Assembly (NCBI GenBank): GCA_902776365.1
Contig: CACYPU010000002.1
Span: forward strand, 131,180-195,179
DNA length: 64,000 bases
Source of the DNA: an uncultured Bacteroidota bacterium
GTDB taxonomy: Bacteria > Bacteroidota > Bacteroidia > Bacteroidales > P3
Direction: 5' to 3'
Of the stretch, positions 63,502-64,000 are shown piece after piece. The first letter of the stretch is position 1. Every line of letters starts with the position of its first letter. The position numbers and the translations under genes are program-made. The notes beneath the pieces are model-generated. The model was not told the DNA's origin. It ran no database searches and saw only the letters and a list, made by a program, of their open reading frames with translations.

Positions 63502-64000
63502 ATGAAAAACCATATCGTAATCATGGCGGGCGGCATCGGGAGCCGCTTCTGGCCGCTGAGCACCCCCGAGTTCCCGAAGCAGTTTATCGACATTTTGGGT
63601 TGCGGCCGCACGCTGATACAGCTCACTGTGGACCGTTTCAAAGGGCTGTGCCCGATGGAGAATTTCTGGGTGGTGACCAATGCCGCATACGTTGACATTG
63701 TGCGTCGTCAGCTGCCGGAGATGCCTGTGAATCATATTCTTGCGGAGCCTGCGGCGCGCAATACCGCGCCCTGCATCGCATGGGCCTGTTGGCGTATCAA
63801 GCAGGATGACCCTGAGGCCAACGTGGTGGTGACACCCGCCGACGCCGTGGTGATGAACCCCGAGGAGTTCCGCCGCGTGATTGGCAACGCGTTGGCGTTC
63901 ACCGAGAAGAGCGACGCCATTGTGACCATCGGCATCAAGCCGTCGCGTCCCGAGACGGGGTATGGATATGTGGAAGCGGCTGATGCGGTGAACGGTGAGA
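63502..64000 (+). CDS. manC: mannose-1-phosphate guanylyltransferase-like nucleotidyltransferase, 3' end beyond window
   Basis: The ATG at 63502 gives MKNHIVIMAGGIGSRFWPLS..PKQF..LAEPAARNTAPCIAWA. The frame is open to the window end. Confidence 0.75.
   Translation, partial: MKNHIVIMAGGIGSRFWPLSTPEFPKQFIDILGCGRTLIQLTVDRFKGLCPMENFWVVTNAAYVDIVRRQLPEMPVNHILAEPAARNTAPCIAWACWRIKQDDPEANVVVTPADAVVMNPEEFRRVIGNALAFTEKSDAIVTIGIKPSRPETGYGYVEAADAVNGE

Overview
Chromosomal window from a Bacteroidota (Bacteroidales-like) genome. This is inferred from many TAnnTTTG -7 promoter boxes, T9SS-type C-terminal sorting domains and lipoprotein-rich content. I call about 53 protein genes, mostly housekeeping: uvrA, pepD, msrA, serS, parE, nadD, tex, sppA, fba, ispE, phoH. 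I also call 3 tRNAs (initiator-like Met-CAU, Leu-UAG, Ser-UGA) and one frameshifted ribosomal protein L31 type B pseudogene. Main second-look items follow. (1) A type I R-M operon (50.9-63.2 kb, minus strand) is interrupted by a visibly AT-rich cargo block. The cargo encodes two Mrr-like PD-(D/E)xK proteins (812 aa with wHTH and a PIN-like region; 306 aa with a CCxxC..CCxxC module), a small TM protein, a YhcG-like PDDEXK nuclease and a class II Fic protein. This is the best candidate for an undescribed defence module. (2) About 35-nt arrays of roughly five degenerate heptanucleotide units occur at at least 17 sites. They fill intercistronic gaps, donate start and stop codons and short tails, and are read through in frame inside parE, ispE, nadD and an OMP gene. 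One family (TAGTGGG) forms a 35-bp inverted pair upstream of nadD. (3) An ECF sigma/anti-sigma pair sits next to a lidless, C-terminally membrane-anchored Hsp70 paralog, a TPR protein and a PBP-transpeptidase-like lipoprotein with all three catalytic motifs degenerate. (4) An AT-rich block (24.96-30.3 kb) encodes a 1090-aa TPR plus retropepsin-like protein. (5) A tightly packed operon links a C10 cysteine protease to a full-length DsbD. No CRISPR, rRNA, integrase or transposase was seen. Most long antisense ORFs in the supplied track are shadow ORFs. All domain calls come from motif recognition by eye; no searches or numerical computations were run.
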